Source of the DNA: Octopus sinensis
Taxonomy: Eukaryota
Length of the DNA: 64,000 bases
NCBI RefSeq assembly: GCF_006345805.1
Contig: NC_042997.1
Location: 38,998,001 to 39,062,000, forward strand
Reading direction: 5' to 3'
Shown here: positions 11,992 through 24,951 of the stretch, one piece after another
Layout of the letters: each line of letters opens with the position of its first letter
How positions within the stretch are numbered: position 1 is the stretch's first letter
Translations under genes and position numbers: made by a program
Notes under the pieces: generated by a model
Databases searched by the model: none
Told to the model about the DNA's origin: nothing
What the model saw: the letters and a program-made list of their open reading frames with translations, nothing else

Positions 11992-13164
11992 TCGTGTTAG
12001 TATTTTTCGGTTTATGTCCCCGTAACTTAGTAGTTCGGCAAAAATAGAGCGAAAGAATAAATACCAGACTTGAAAAAATTACAGTGGAATCGATTTTTTC
12101 TGACTAAAACAAACAAGGCGGTGCCCGAACATGGCCGCAGTGCAATGACCAAAACAAAAAAAATTGAAAAAGTTACAGACACACACACACACACATATAT
12201 ATACATACATGCACACACGCGCGCACACATAAATATATACATATATACATATCTATGTATCCATATATGTGTGTGTGGGTATGTATATAACAGTTTGACT
12301 CAGCTCCCCATGATTTCAAATTTCGTGGGCGCCTAAATTTCGTTCATCCCATCAGCGGTTCGGATTCAGAGTGGAGATTTGAAATTCAAGATGGCTGCTA
12401 AATATTTAGGCCTCTGCTGGTCAGCTCACAGTATTAATGCCATCAAAGAGACACCAGCTATTTTCTTTATTTTTTAGGTGCAAGTATTCGAACAGAACGT
12501 TGGCCAAATGCTGTCGCTACTTTGGCAGCAGACTACCACATAACATGCCAGTGACATCAATTCCTGTACACGGGTTACTGCACACTATGAAGTAAGATGC
12601 TGGCGTGATACAGTAGCTCAATCATCGTTCAGTAGACAGTGAATACATTAGCTGTAGCAGTCTTTACGTGGGGGTAACCAAATTTGATGGTGTTATACTA
12701 TAGTTGAGGTTGAGTGACCAACGTGAGTGGGCTGTAGTCTATTCGGATGACAAGGATTAAACATCCTACTCTGGGTGGGAGTAATCTACACGTAGAGTGG
12801 TATATACAGGTTGTCAGCGGATAAAGGCTTGGAAATCATTAACAGAGCGTACCATTGGTAGCAACAGTAAGGTAATTCATTCTTCTTGGATAATGTGGGT
12901 TGTGGTGTGTGTGTAGTCTCTCACAAAGACAGAGTTGGCTATTCTGAGCTTCAAATGGTCTGGTAGTCTCAAGCCATCTGGACGGCCACCCTATGGATAA
13001 GTTCAAGTAAGATTGTTAAAGATCTCCAAAGAATTCAATAGATCTTTTGGAAACCCAGATTAGGGATTTACATAGCTTTTTCTAGTCTAAAGTTTGCTCA
13101 GTCCCTCCAATTTCTTCCGGTTATAAATCGTTGCATATATATTACTGTCTTATAAATTCCAAGT

Positions 13165-13870
13165 TATATCTCAAAGGGTCTTAGAGATTTCAGGTCTTTC
13201 AACATTAGACCTCCGCGTCCAATTGACTCAGTTAGGATTTATCAAGTCCCATCTTGCATCCCAACAGCAAGAAACTATGAGTCTACCCTCTTCATCCAAA
13301 GCCGCCAAGTAGGTTTCTATGAGACTTCGGTGATGGATTGTTTTCCATCTCCCTTAGCTACTCCAGTAATTCTTAAACCCAGTTAGAGCTTTGCAAAGTG
13401 AATGCATCACAAAATTCTGACTGCCTACTTTAATTCACTAGAAGCGTATCTGCAAGCCTTGACTTCTGTACTGCTCTTCTGTCACCTGTCATTTGGCGAG
13501 CTGTCTCACGTGAATTTCCTCAATGTGCCCTTCCCACCTGCTTGGTGGAGAACATGACTATGTCGAGGCGAACTGTCGTTGGTATGATATGCTCTGTTTA
13601 CCAATTTTCACTCTCGACTACCAAGCTGGAGCTGTGGAAGATAGGCAGGGTCGTTGTTCAGTGAAAAGAGCTTCTCTTCAGTTTTGAGAAAAGTGATAGT
13701 TTCCTTCTTGGAGTGGTATATACTGAACCGAATAGCTGTTGGGAACATCTCTATTAACCTGCCCTTGCATGTCTTTAACTGAGTTATTGAGTTGATTCTC
13801 GCCTGGGTATGATTCTTTCACAAATGTCTTGGCGGCCTTGTGAAAACCATGGATTCTGATCTTCTTCATC
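13165..13870 (-). mobile_element. Decayed 3' end of a HERO/R2-superfamily LINE with restriction-like endonuclease
   Basis: Frameshifted fragments IPTTVRLDIVMFSTKQ, WEGHIEE, KVG...FVMHSLCKAL...RITG and WRLWMKRVDS resemble the HERO-type PDIV...ELTVPWE...VEVGxRGF...WLWxKR series. Confidence 0.5.
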
Positions 13871-15221
13871 AAACTAAATCATTGAAAAATATTTTTAAGA
13901 TATGCATATTTCTTTCATTTCTCTTGAGAATTATACTTTGGCTAATAATTTTGAAAGTAACGTCTACTTATTACTTCCCAAAACTGTTAACATTTTCGTT
14001 ATTTGCATATGAAAATATTTTGATATTAACAATATATGCTCTATTATAAAACTAAAATATAAATAACTACAAATATTTTGCTCTGTTTTACTCTATTTTG
14101 CTCTATTCTTGTATCAAGAAAAATACATGAAGACAAATACATAACAAAAACGAAATATAATAAAAATGTTTAAACAGTAAAAATCTCCCTAAAATAATAT
14201 TATACACATTGTCATGTACGGCATGTTGTAAACTGATTTGCACCATAAAGAGTTTATGTATAGCATGAATTAATGGTAGTTTTTTTTGTTTTTGATTTTT
14301 GGGGGTTTTTTGCTTCAGGAAAGTAAAAAAAATAAAACAATACATATCAACTACCTGTTGCAGTAAAATAATAATCTCGGGCGACTAATCCCTAGTTGAA
14401 TTATTGTTTCTTAACGGATTATTAAACTCTCCAGCATAACAAATGGGTAGATATAGATTTAGGATGATTTTATATACATTGGCGCTTGTACTGAATATAT
14501 ATTCATTCAGATGATTAGTTCTACGTGAGAGACACATTTTTGGTTTCAAGGCAGGAGAAATGAGTTTACTTTCACTAACATAAAAAAAACATGTTTCGGA
14601 AAGGATTTTGTATTCAAAGTTGTGTAAAAGAAATAGTAATAGTCACTATCTATCGACGTTTAGTTGTCGATAATTATATATGGTAAACCACATTTACCAC
14701 GACTTTGAGCTTCCTTGACTCTTACAGTCAAAACATCATATAAACTACATTAGTAGGTTATTTTTTCCTTACCCAAGCTGGTATTCTATACTTCTTTACC
14801 AATAATCTAAATTTATGAGTAATGCATAGTACCATGATGAAGAGAAAGATATTTATCAAAACGTTATTTATTTAATTGAAAAACACTATAGGTTAATGCG
14901 AATATGATTCATTATACATAATAATTCTTTAATAGGAATAGTATTGATAGAGACGTCGAGGTTTTGGCCAGCTAAGCCATCATCGGACAGTCCGGTGATG
15001 GTTTAGATGGCAGAAACTTCGAAGTCATTATCAACACTCGTTCTTGTTAAGCAATAATAAATTTGTACTCTACCAAAAGTATTGAGTAATCTGTCAGTCT
15101 AATGTAAAATCGTTTTATAACATGAAAACAATCTCACTTCTATTAATATGTGTGTGTATACACACATATATATGTATATGTGTGCATGTATATATATACT
15201 TATACATAAATGCATACATAC

Positions 15222-15260
<39 letters not shown>

Positions 15261-15265
<5 letters not shown>

Positions 15266-15455
15266 TATATAGAGGAGCTTCTACAGGACTAGAACTGTTT
15301 CATTCAAGAGAAATCTTCAGGAAGCTCCTGAAGATTTCTCTTGAATGAAACAGTTCTAGTCCTGTAGAAGCTCCTCTATATAATAAATTAATTTTACTCT
15401 ACTATGTATTGAGTACCTTATTTACTGTGGTTAACCCCGAATCAACCCGGGACCT
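15261..15455. mobile_element. Palindromic Penelope-type mini-element with a hammerhead-like core, between (TA)n tracts
   Basis: Perfect 62-bp arms (15261-15322 and 15326-15387) around a 3-nt spacer. The arm carries CTGAAGA...GAAAC...GTC. The following tail shares TTACTCTAC...GTATT(T)GAGTACC with the 18590 and 54720 elements. Confidence 0.7.
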
Positions 15456-15462
15456 ATATATA

Positions 15463-15505
<43 letters not shown>

Positions 15506-18004
15506 TGTGTGAAATTTGATTTAGTATTTCTAAATTTAATTTTTTCCCTGTAAGTTAGGATTAATTTTCCCTCAAATAATTATATATGTGTGTATGTGTG
15601 TGTGTGTGGTGTGTGTGTGTGTGTGTGCGTGTGTCTGTGTATGTGTGTGTGCGTGTGTCTGTGTCTATGTATACATACACATACATATATAGAGAGACAG
15701 TGATAATTATACGAATAAACAAATTAGACACATCAAATATGTTAAATGTATTAAATACATCAAATACAAAATATGTATATATGTATAGATACAAACGAGA
15801 GAAAGCAAAAGGTAGAAACTTTCAGATGACGGGTTTTTATGCATAAATATATAGATATTTATATTAATATGTCCAACTTACACAGTGTACAAACAATAGA
15901 GAAAATTAAAGGGGTGGAAGAAGGGTGTTATAAGTCCAACAGCTGTTTCTGGGGGCTCGGCAATCCATAATAATGTTGGTAGATTTAGTTCATCACAATA
16001 TGCTGTATGAGTGCAATTAACAATGGATGAGAAGAGCCTCTGTCATCAGGGTAGAGAAGATCTTACGTTTCAGGGACCTAGGCAAAATTATATCTAAAAT
16101 AAGGAGTTCACTATACCTACATGTCTTTTCGGACAAAAGAGTAAATCTATACTCCGTCCCATTGAAAACTTATACCAACTTTATATCAAATGAACTTAAC
16201 ACGAATTATAAACATGCGCATAGGAATTCCCTTAGGGACATTAACAACATCCATTGTAGGCGCATCGCTGATCTAAATTTGCTAAAGAGAACTGTTCCAT
16301 ATATACCTAAACACCGCCCCTTCATCCTTAAAGATCACAAATCCAGCTTCTTCACTAAGCCTTCTTTAGACTGATCTACCTCACTAAATCAGACCTGGGT
16401 CGAATTAGTAAATGCACTACCGGACAAATTCTACCCCTAGTTAGGACTAACGTTAAACTTCCGCTTTAAAATTGTACTGGTGACGTCATCACTTGGTTCC
16501 ATTCTCTTCCTGATAAGTAGCAAACACATTTCCTTCAGTTCGACGTCTCAAATTATTCGTCTTCAATATCACCAATTCTCTTAAAGAAAGCTTTAATCTT
16601 CGCTCGAAAGTAAGCACCCATTTCTCGATCTGACATTGATATCATCATGGCTGCTAAGAAAACTCTAATTCACTTTAGGAACCCGCACTGGACCTGCAAC
16701 TCATCTACCGATTTCTTCGATATAATCAGAGGCTCATGTGACTCAGCCCAAGTTACTGACTTACTTGTCCTATTCCTTCTTTCCCAAATTAAATAATACT
16801 TCCTTAACCCCTTCGGAGGGCTCTGCACGGATGATGCACTCCTTACAGCAACTAGACATTCTATGGAACGCACTATGAAAGTTCTACGTAGATATTTCAA
16901 AAACTAAACTTGAGTATCTTATTCAAAAATGAGACTAAAGTGTCACCCTTTCTATAAACCCAATCAATCTTTACCATAGATTAACGTCCTATCAAATCAT
17001 CTTAAACTTACCCTTAATGGTATAGTCACAGGCATTTCCACCAGAATTTCCAGTGTATTTAATATATCTAATATATTTAATGTATCTAATTTAATTATCT
17101 GCAGACATAGACGCACCAACACCACTCACTCGCACTAACCCACGCCGCTATACTTTTGTATTTGCACAGCTCTGCACACATACGCACACACCACCACAGC
17201 ACAAACAGAACTCCCTCTTATGCTATCTCAAAAAACAGATACAGTCCTATACGTGCACACACTTCCACCCCTTCTCTCTTCTTAAAACTCTTCAAAGAAA
17301 CGCATTTCCGCCTGACCTCAACTGATTTATGTCAGTAAGTATTTGTAAGTGTCTCAGTCAATCCAAGAGAGGATTTATCTCTCATTTGCTTCATACATTT
17401 TAATCCTTGTAGAGACATTAACATAGGCGTGTCATTCATGATTTGAAAAATCCATGAAATTTCATGATTTTGCTTCAGAAACATTTATAAATACAATCAA
17501 TCTCCTATCCCTCCTAATTAGACCATTCTCAAAAATGACAAAACGCATCAAATAGATTAAGTGTCTTTCATAGAATATATTTCCCGGTGGTGCTATTTCA
17601 TTTTTATTTGTGTCTTGTTCATTGTCAGAGATGTTTTAACAACTATATAGTCTCCTCGGCAAAGTAACGCACTGGGCCCTGCATCATTTATTAACAGCAA
17701 GTCACAACATAGTCGATTAGCATTAGGCCCTTTGATCTACTCTCGGTACATCATAAGAAATTGAAGACTTCGATCATTCATCGACGAACAAGACAAGAAA
17801 TTGTTTTATCACGTGTGCATACATATACTTTCATATCCATTTACCCACGCACGCAAATATGCATACATAAACACTCACACATATATGTAAATATAAATAT
17901 ATATCCATAAATGTATGCATAAATATATAATATATGTATATATGTATATATCTATATTATACACACACATATATATACCTATATATATATATACATATAT
18001 ATAT

Positions 18005-18072
<68 letters not shown>

Positions 18073-18558
18073 ACAATTTAGCTAGGTGCTAAATAACCAC
18101 CTAAAGGATATTAAATATCCGAAGAATTTACTGGTTTTGTTTACTTATATCAATAGCAATGTTATTAACTATCGCTCTTAACACATAGGTAAATAAATAA
18201 TATAAACATACAGTTTATCAATATATAAATATAATTTGGAAATAGAAACCAAAACAATTACACATCTCATAAATTACAGCTGTTTCCACTTCATGAATAA
18301 AGCCATGTTTTTCAAGAATAATAAACTACCGTTTAAATATAATGAGGTTTCATCAGATCGACATATCTTCTTCAAAATTTCACGAAAAATAACAAATGAA
18401 AATTTTTATAACTGCTAACACTTTTCAAATAAACGCTTTTTGATAGTGAGCTTAAAAAATAATTTACGTAAATTCCTAAATTTCGATCTATTAATATCTA
18501 GTTCTATATTGATTAAATTGTTTAATTGTTCAATGTATTGTTTTCGTTTCCATTTTTA

Positions 18559-18589
<31 letters not shown>

Positions 18590-18814
18590 CCGGAGTAAGC
18601 ACATAAATGTGAAACAAGATGGAAAAAAGGGTACTCAAATACCAGAGGTAGAGTAATGTGCTTTATTTCAAAGCAGCAGAAATATAACAAAAGCTGTTAC
18701 TCAGAATTTCACGTTCCCGTTCGTCGGAGAGTTTTGTTAACAAAACTGTCCGACGAACGGAATGTGAAATTCTGAATAACAGTTTTTGTTATATTTCTGC
18801 TGCTTTTAAATAAA

Positions 18815-18815
<1 letters not shown>
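18590..18815. mobile_element. Palindromic twin-hammerhead mini-element (copy 1 of a family; copy 2 at 54720)
   Basis: Inverted arms of about 78 bp (18661-18738 and 18739-18815), each with CCGACGA-stem II-GAAA-palindromic stem III. Tail 18590-18660 is homologous to 54720-54791. (TA)n on both sides. Confidence 0.75.
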
Positions 18816-18859
<44 letters not shown>

Positions 18860-18860
<1 letters not shown>

Positions 18861-19186
18861 TGTTGTGTCTAAGGAGAGTCATTTTCTTTTTGCGCCTTAT
18901 AATTTAACACACTCACGGTAAAATTTTCACTTATTTCTTATTTTTATTTTCGTACAATTTTCGTTGCGTCTTGCAACCTTTTCAATAGTTTTGACTATTG
19001 AGAAGGTTGCAAGACGCAACGAAAATTTTAGGAACATAAAAATAAGAAATAAGAGGAAATTTTACTGATGAGTGTGTTAAATTTTAAGGCACAAAAAGAA
19101 AATGACTCTCCCCAGACACAACAGAATAGGGTTCAACACACGAACTCACATAAATAATCTTGCAAACCAAATCCCCAAAACGAAAT
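18860..19186. mobile_element. Palindromic Penelope-type mini-element, about 130-bp arms, damaged U3-A8 hammerhead-like core
   Basis: Inverted arms 18860-18990 and 18991-19124, roughly 88% identical by eye. Core TTGA(A/G)AA GGTTGC AAGAC GCAAC GAAA. Unique tail to 19186. (TA)n flanks. Confidence 0.65.
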
Positions 19187-19227
19187 ATATATATATATAT
19201 ATATGTGTGTGCGTGTGTGTGTGTATT

Positions 19228-19314
<87 letters not shown>

Positions 19315-19430
19315 TACAATAAATTCAGGGTGAATACTTGATAAATTTAAGCACCTGTATATACCAGCTAGTAGCAGAAGCGAGAGGATATAAGTATCAA
19401 ATGAAATAAAAAACAGAACACAAAGGATGT

Positions 19431-19524
19431 CGCGGTACACATGTTTCGAGCTTTATAAAACAACTTATTCTTACATCAATGTATAATCGACATAACAGAT
19501 AGTTGAAAGCCCTCTTCAGCCGCA
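19431..19524 (-). ncRNA. Canonical-core type I hammerhead ribozyme with a 51-nt loop 2, in a (TA)n-flanked element (about 19311-19716)
   Basis: Minus strand reads UGCGG CUGAAGA GGGCUUU [51 nt] AAAGCUC GAA ACA UG UGU A|CCGCG: 5-bp stem I, 7-bp stem II, short stem III containing the palindrome ACAUGU, GUA triplet. Confidence 0.75.
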
Positions 19525-19716
19525 TGCAATTGCTACACCAAAGACTTGTATCACATTATGAAAGGTTTGAGAAAGAACATTTGGTATTATTTATAATGGT
19601 AGGTAAACTGAGTATCACTAAGAAAGTATGTTTGTAAATCTTCATAATCAAATAGGTGTACAGGGTATTATTGGACTCCAAAAATCCGTCTATACCGTTT
19701 TCTCACTTAATACGTG

Positions 19717-19773
<57 letters not shown>

Positions 19774-21767
19774 GAATTTTCGTCGAGGTGACTCAAACTA
19801 ATAGGTATGCACTCTGAGTGGTATGCCACTAAAATTCCGGTTTGAACTGCACAGATGAACATTGTTGTGCTGTCACTGGCTTTCTGGGACAGCTAGAAGT
19901 GGTTTTCCCTTGAGCCGGTAGGCATAGATTTAAACGGAAATAGAAAGCCAAACAGTTTGCATACATGCATATATGTGACAGTTTTTATAGTTGTGACTAT
20001 AATACTCGCTAGCTTAGAAATTCCTGGAGCTATCTACAGCAACCATAGTGAGAATAAAAGAAAGATAGTCCAGTAATATATTAATACGTATTAATATTCA
20101 TGATTTACTAGAAACTGCATGCATGGGAAAATATAATACTTGTCATTGTTATTAAGAGTTTGTTTCTCTCAGCATGACGTGACGCCAATCTAAAGTATGC
20201 TTTTAGTATATTTTATGAATTGTCGCAGAAAACTTAATACTCTTTTTCTCCGGTACTTGGAATTACAAGTAATTGTTTATGCATTCTGTTTTCTGGGTTA
20301 GGATGAACAAGAACTCTTAGAAGATTCGTGGCGATGTATTCTGATTAAATTCTCGCGCGAATTTAATCAAAACATTTTGATTTACATATATTTCTAAGAA
20401 CTTGAGCAGCAGTGAGCCTGTTCTGGCATATTTGTTTTGTTTTGTTTTGGTTTCGTAGTTTTTAATAAACTGAAGCCGAACCGAATCTTTTTCATAAACA
20501 GAATCAGTTTCTAATGCCTGTTCTTCAATTAAAATTGCTTCTGGTTATTATTTTTACATTGCAGTATAAATGTACGGCTACGAGTTTAAATATTCATATT
20601 CTTCAGTCCGTATCTATTTCAACTTCCGTAGCTGAATAGAATTTTAGTATACTGCAATCTCACTAAAACATTATATCAAACTTTTAGTCAATTCAAAGGT
20701 CTAATGCTCTAGTTCGTAGTAATCTTGTACTAATTCTACGACTCTTAGAGTGATAAATTAATTGGATTTATGAGATAATGGATTCACATGGATATTGGTT
20801 CCGGTATCGATATACATTAATTACGTTGATCTTAACATACGACAGCTATATTTCATTATTATAGTAGATATTAAGGTAGTGAGCTAGGGCGGCGAGTTGA
20901 CAGAATCTTTAGCAAGCCGAGCTTGATGTTAAGCGGTATTTCGTCCGCCTTTACATTCTGAGTTCAAATTCCGTCGAAGCCGACTTTGCCTTTCATTCTT
21001 ACGAGGTCGATAACATAAGTACCTGTTGAACTCTGAGATCAATGTAATCGACTTTCCCCGTGACCAGAAATCGTTGGCCTTGTTCCAAAATTTGTAATCG
21101 ATATTAAGGTGGTGAGAATCGTTAAATGCGTCGGACAAAATACTCAGTAGCATTTTTTCCACCTCTTTACGTTCTGACTTCAAGTACCGCCGAGGTTAAC
21201 TTTGCCTTCATCATATCGGGGCCGCTAAGATAAAATACCTGTCACGTACTGGGATTTATGTCATTAGCTAACGCCTTCCTCGTAAAATTGTTGACCTTGT
21301 GCCAAAATTTGAAACAATCATTATAATTGACATTTAGCAATGAGTAGTTAAACATATTAGAGAAATTATCCTAATGCCTCCCCATATTTCATTGATACAC
21401 TCAACATTCCGGATTTAAATCTGTTTCATTCTTTCAACATCGATAAAATAACACCGGCTTCATTTTATCCTTCTTTAAACTTTCAACAACTGATCAGTAA
21501 AGTGGAGTTGACAGTTTTTTACAAACTATGGTGAAGCGAAACATATAAAGCAGTTCCATGCGTAATGTAAACCCAGTAAGAGAAAGGTATATACTCCTAA
21601 ACACCAGCGATGATTTTCTTTGAGGCACTTAGTAAATCCTAAAGATAGATGTCCTGAAGACATCACTGAAAACTAATTTAAATCCCTTGGAATTTTAAAT
21701 TAGTTCTATAAGATAAATAAAGTCATCTTGTAGAACTGATAATAAAAATTAAAAATATATGTATATG

Positions 21768-21810
<43 letters not shown>

Positions 21811-22058
21811 GTATATGTATATGTATATATATGTGTGTGTGTGTATATATATATATACATTCACAAACACACACACGTACATGCATATATATATATATAT
21901 ATATATATAAAGAGAGAGAGAGAGAGAGAGAGTCCGCCAAAAATGGTATAGACATTTCAAGGAAAAACCTGTAGAAATATTTTTAAAACTAAATTTGTTC
22001 AGACATCGCAGGATTGATACAAGTTACTTTTAACCTCTAAAATTACAAGTGTTATTTA

Positions 22059-22989
22059 CAGTGGTGGCCATTAGCTTCTGGACACTTAATTAGTATGGCG
22101 AACTGCTGCAATGTTGGCCAAAGTGTCCAGAGGGATTGTTTCACATTCTTTTTCAGTTTCTTTCTGAAGGGCTATCAGTGCAGCCGATTTTCTGCGATAT
22201 CCGATATCCTTTAAGGTGCCCCATAAATAAAAGTCTGCAATGTTTCAACTTCATCTTCTTCGTCTTATCCAGTGTCTTGCAAATTCTCATCCAGGAAAGC
22301 TCGCACGTCTCGGCAGTAGTGTGACGGTGTGCTATCCTGAAAGAAAAATTCATCATTTTCATAAAGTGCATGTATGGCAGGTAAAATGGACGTGCGTTGC
22401 ATGTCTAGGTACACTTGACCAGTAAAAGTACCTTCAAATAAAAATGGTCTAATTCAACCTCCTGCGGACACTCCACGCCCGGTGAATCGACTGCTTGAAA
22501 GCAAGGATTTTCTGATGCCCAATAAACACAAATATGTCAGTTCACTGTTCCATTTAACCAAAATTGTGCTTCATCAAACCACACAATCGTACTCACAAAC
22601 ATTTCATCCTCGCCTACCATATGTTGAAACCACTCACAAAACTCGATTCTTCGATCCGGATCGTCATCGTTTATTGCATGTAAAAATATTGAAACAAACT
22701 TTCCACCTGACTCTTTTAAGAATGAGCCGTATTCTTGTACTGCTTATTCCTGTCTCGCGTGCACATTGTGCGGTAGATTTCTGTGGCGAGTGCGTGAAAC
22801 GTTTCAACATCATAGCCGAGGAAGCAGCATTTGTCACTGTATGAGGGCTGCCAGATTTCCATTTAAGCACATCGTACACGGTACCATGTGTTTCAAACTC
22901 ATCATGAATCCGTGAAATTGTCAGCCCATAAAAAAGAAAAAAGCTTAAGGGTAACTTTTTTTCTAATAAGTGTCCGGAACCTAATGGCC
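22059..22989 (-). mobile_element. Decayed Tc1/mariner transposon of the rosa/VS type (DUF4817-like N-terminus)
   Basis: TA|cagtggtggccattagcttctggacactt at the left end and aagtgtccggaacctaatggcc at the right. Minus-strand peptides KSGSPHTVT...SPQKSTAQCARETGIS, DDPDRRIEFCEWF...IVWFDEAQFWLNGTVNRH and FFFQDSTPSHYCRDVRAFLDE. Confidence 0.75.
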
Positions 22990-23268
22990 TTCGAGCATCT
23001 CTTGCAAATGTATAGGTTAAAGGTGACTTGTTTCAATCCAGAGATATCTGAATAAATTTAATATAAAAATATTTCTACTCGTTTCACTTTCCTTGAATTG
23101 TGTATACATTTTTTTGGCATACACTTCTTTAACCAAAAGTGTGCTTTGTCCACTACCTAGTACCAATTTCCAGAAAGTGAGAAGATAATTAACTGTTTTG
23201 ATAGATGCAACGGCACTCCATACAACTTATATCTCTATTATTTCTTAATTTCTCTTGACTAAACCTAG

Positions 23269-23421
23269 GTCATTTCCGTTATTAAAAGAAAATTCCAACA
23301 GATCCAAATACAATTTGGCCATATAGACGTACGAAGACCATCAAATGCATTAACTCTCGTAGAGAGTACATCGTTCTCTACTAAAGGAATTAATAACAGC
23401 GTGCCAGGAAGTCCAAAGCAG
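23269..23421 (+). CDS. Class B1 GPCR exon, helix 8 and C-tail: VISVIKRKFQQIQIQFGHIDVRRPSNALTLVESTSFSTKGINNSVPGSPKQ
   Basis: Acceptor aaacctag|, donor cag|gtaaga, 153 nt, phase 0-0. Completes the NEEV motif, gives an amphipathic helix 8, then a Ser/Thr-rich tail with an RRPS PKA-type site. Confidence 0.88.
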
Positions 23422-24720
23422 GTAAGAGTAAAAAATTTTTCAATCTGTTACTTTATGTATTATTAAGTTGATAGCAGCTTTTGTCTTAAAACGAAAAAGT
23501 ATACAAAGATCAGAAATAGTTAGTCATTTCGAATCACAGCTGAATGTATGGATTCGTAGCCAACAGAAAACTATACACACGCACGTTCTTAACACACTTA
23601 GATTGTTGTTGTGGCGAGCGTGAGAGATTCGTTATGGCATCTCATGTCCCTTAACTCTCTGAGCTTAGATTACGCTAGGGCCGACTGTAATTCATTCCTC
23701 CTAGATTGATAAAATAACTACCAGTCATGTACTGAATTTATTTCATTGAATATAGTCTCACACTACAATTTGGGTTTTATTCCAGTAGGAACAGTCATTA
23801 TTAACTCACACAAGCAATACATAAATGCCTTTATGTAACACTAAAATATCTGAAATGCCCATCCGATTGTACTGCTACGTCTCTACAAAATAACTCCAAG
23901 TATCTAAGGCACTACTTGGATCAAATTTTGAAATTACTCTGAGTATTTCTAGAAAATGATGAACACTTCTAGAATATACTCTACAACGTTATTATTGTTT
24001 GTTCTTTCCATTAATAATATATGAAGTTGAACGGTTTATTTCATCGCACCCTTCAATAAAAGATAAATATCTATCACCTCTCCAAATGTCAGAACTTCTT
24101 CCTTTGTTTCCATTTGGTTAAGAAATGAACAAAAAAAGATCGTTCATATCTCTACGAGTAAGGCTGTCAAAACTCATACGGGAATTCCTTCCAAAATGAA
24201 ATTTCCAAAAGAAGCGGAAAACTCATAGTTATTCATTGGAACAGGCCTCCGTGGGTCTGAAACCTTGTTCTGTGGGATGTTATTTTATCATTATGGAACG
24301 ATAAAATGTTTTCCTTGCTTTCAAGTATGGTTTAAACAAATGCTTACTTCGCGTGATCTCAATATTTCCTGATAACCATTTTTGTTCTGTAACATTATCA
24401 ATGTTTTAGGTAGTCTTAATACAAACTTCTTTTCTCAGCCTCTTGAAGGTAAACTATGTAGGGAAATGCAGAGAGTGGATTGATTCCACACTATTACATT
24501 ACAACATAGATAATGGAATAGTGAGAGACACAATCAAGACGTAATAATACAATGCCACCATTATACAATTCTTTACAGAAATTATTCACTGATCTTATTT
24601 TCTACTTTCTTTAGTTTCGTTTGTTTTTGTTTTGTTTTGTTTTAATTTGTCTTTTGGGAGTGGGATAGATGTGTGGTTTGATTGTGCAATAAATTATTCA
24701 TTCTTTTATTTCTTATTCAG

Positions 24721-24780
24721 AATCGGACTGTCGAACGTCAAGCAATGTTATTACATACAGATGCCGAATTGGGACAATGA
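24721..24780 (+). CDS. Class B1 GPCR terminal coding exon: NRTVERQAMLLHTDAELGQ*
   Basis: Strong polypyrimidine acceptor ttcttttatttcttattcag|, phase 0, stop TGA at 24778-24780. It is the first good acceptor noticed after the 23422 donor; there is no motif-level homology support. Confidence 0.7.
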   Translation, partial: NRTVERQAMLLHTDAELGQ

Positions 24781-24945
24781 TACCAGTATATAAAATAACC
24801 TTTGAATGATTTGGCTTTAAAAACTGAATGAGCAAAAAAAAAAGGCAAATTTGAAAGATGGTTACTTGCATAAGTAAAATCAGGAAACATTTGCGTTTGG
24901 TGCCATAGGAAATACTGAAAATGGACTTTTCATAATAATCATGTT

Positions 24946-24951
24946 AATAAA
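24946..24951 (+). promoter_or_regulatory. Candidate polyadenylation signal of the GPCR (second candidate at 25170-25175)
   Basis: AATAAA 166 nt after the stop codon. The hexamer is common in this AT-rich DNA. Confidence 0.25.

Noticed and set aside
15960-17040. Possible LINE (RTE or Tx1-like) remnant; similarly about 61300-62220
   Set aside because: Composition suggests decayed coding DNA, but only vague motif similarity was found, not enough to assign a family or strand.
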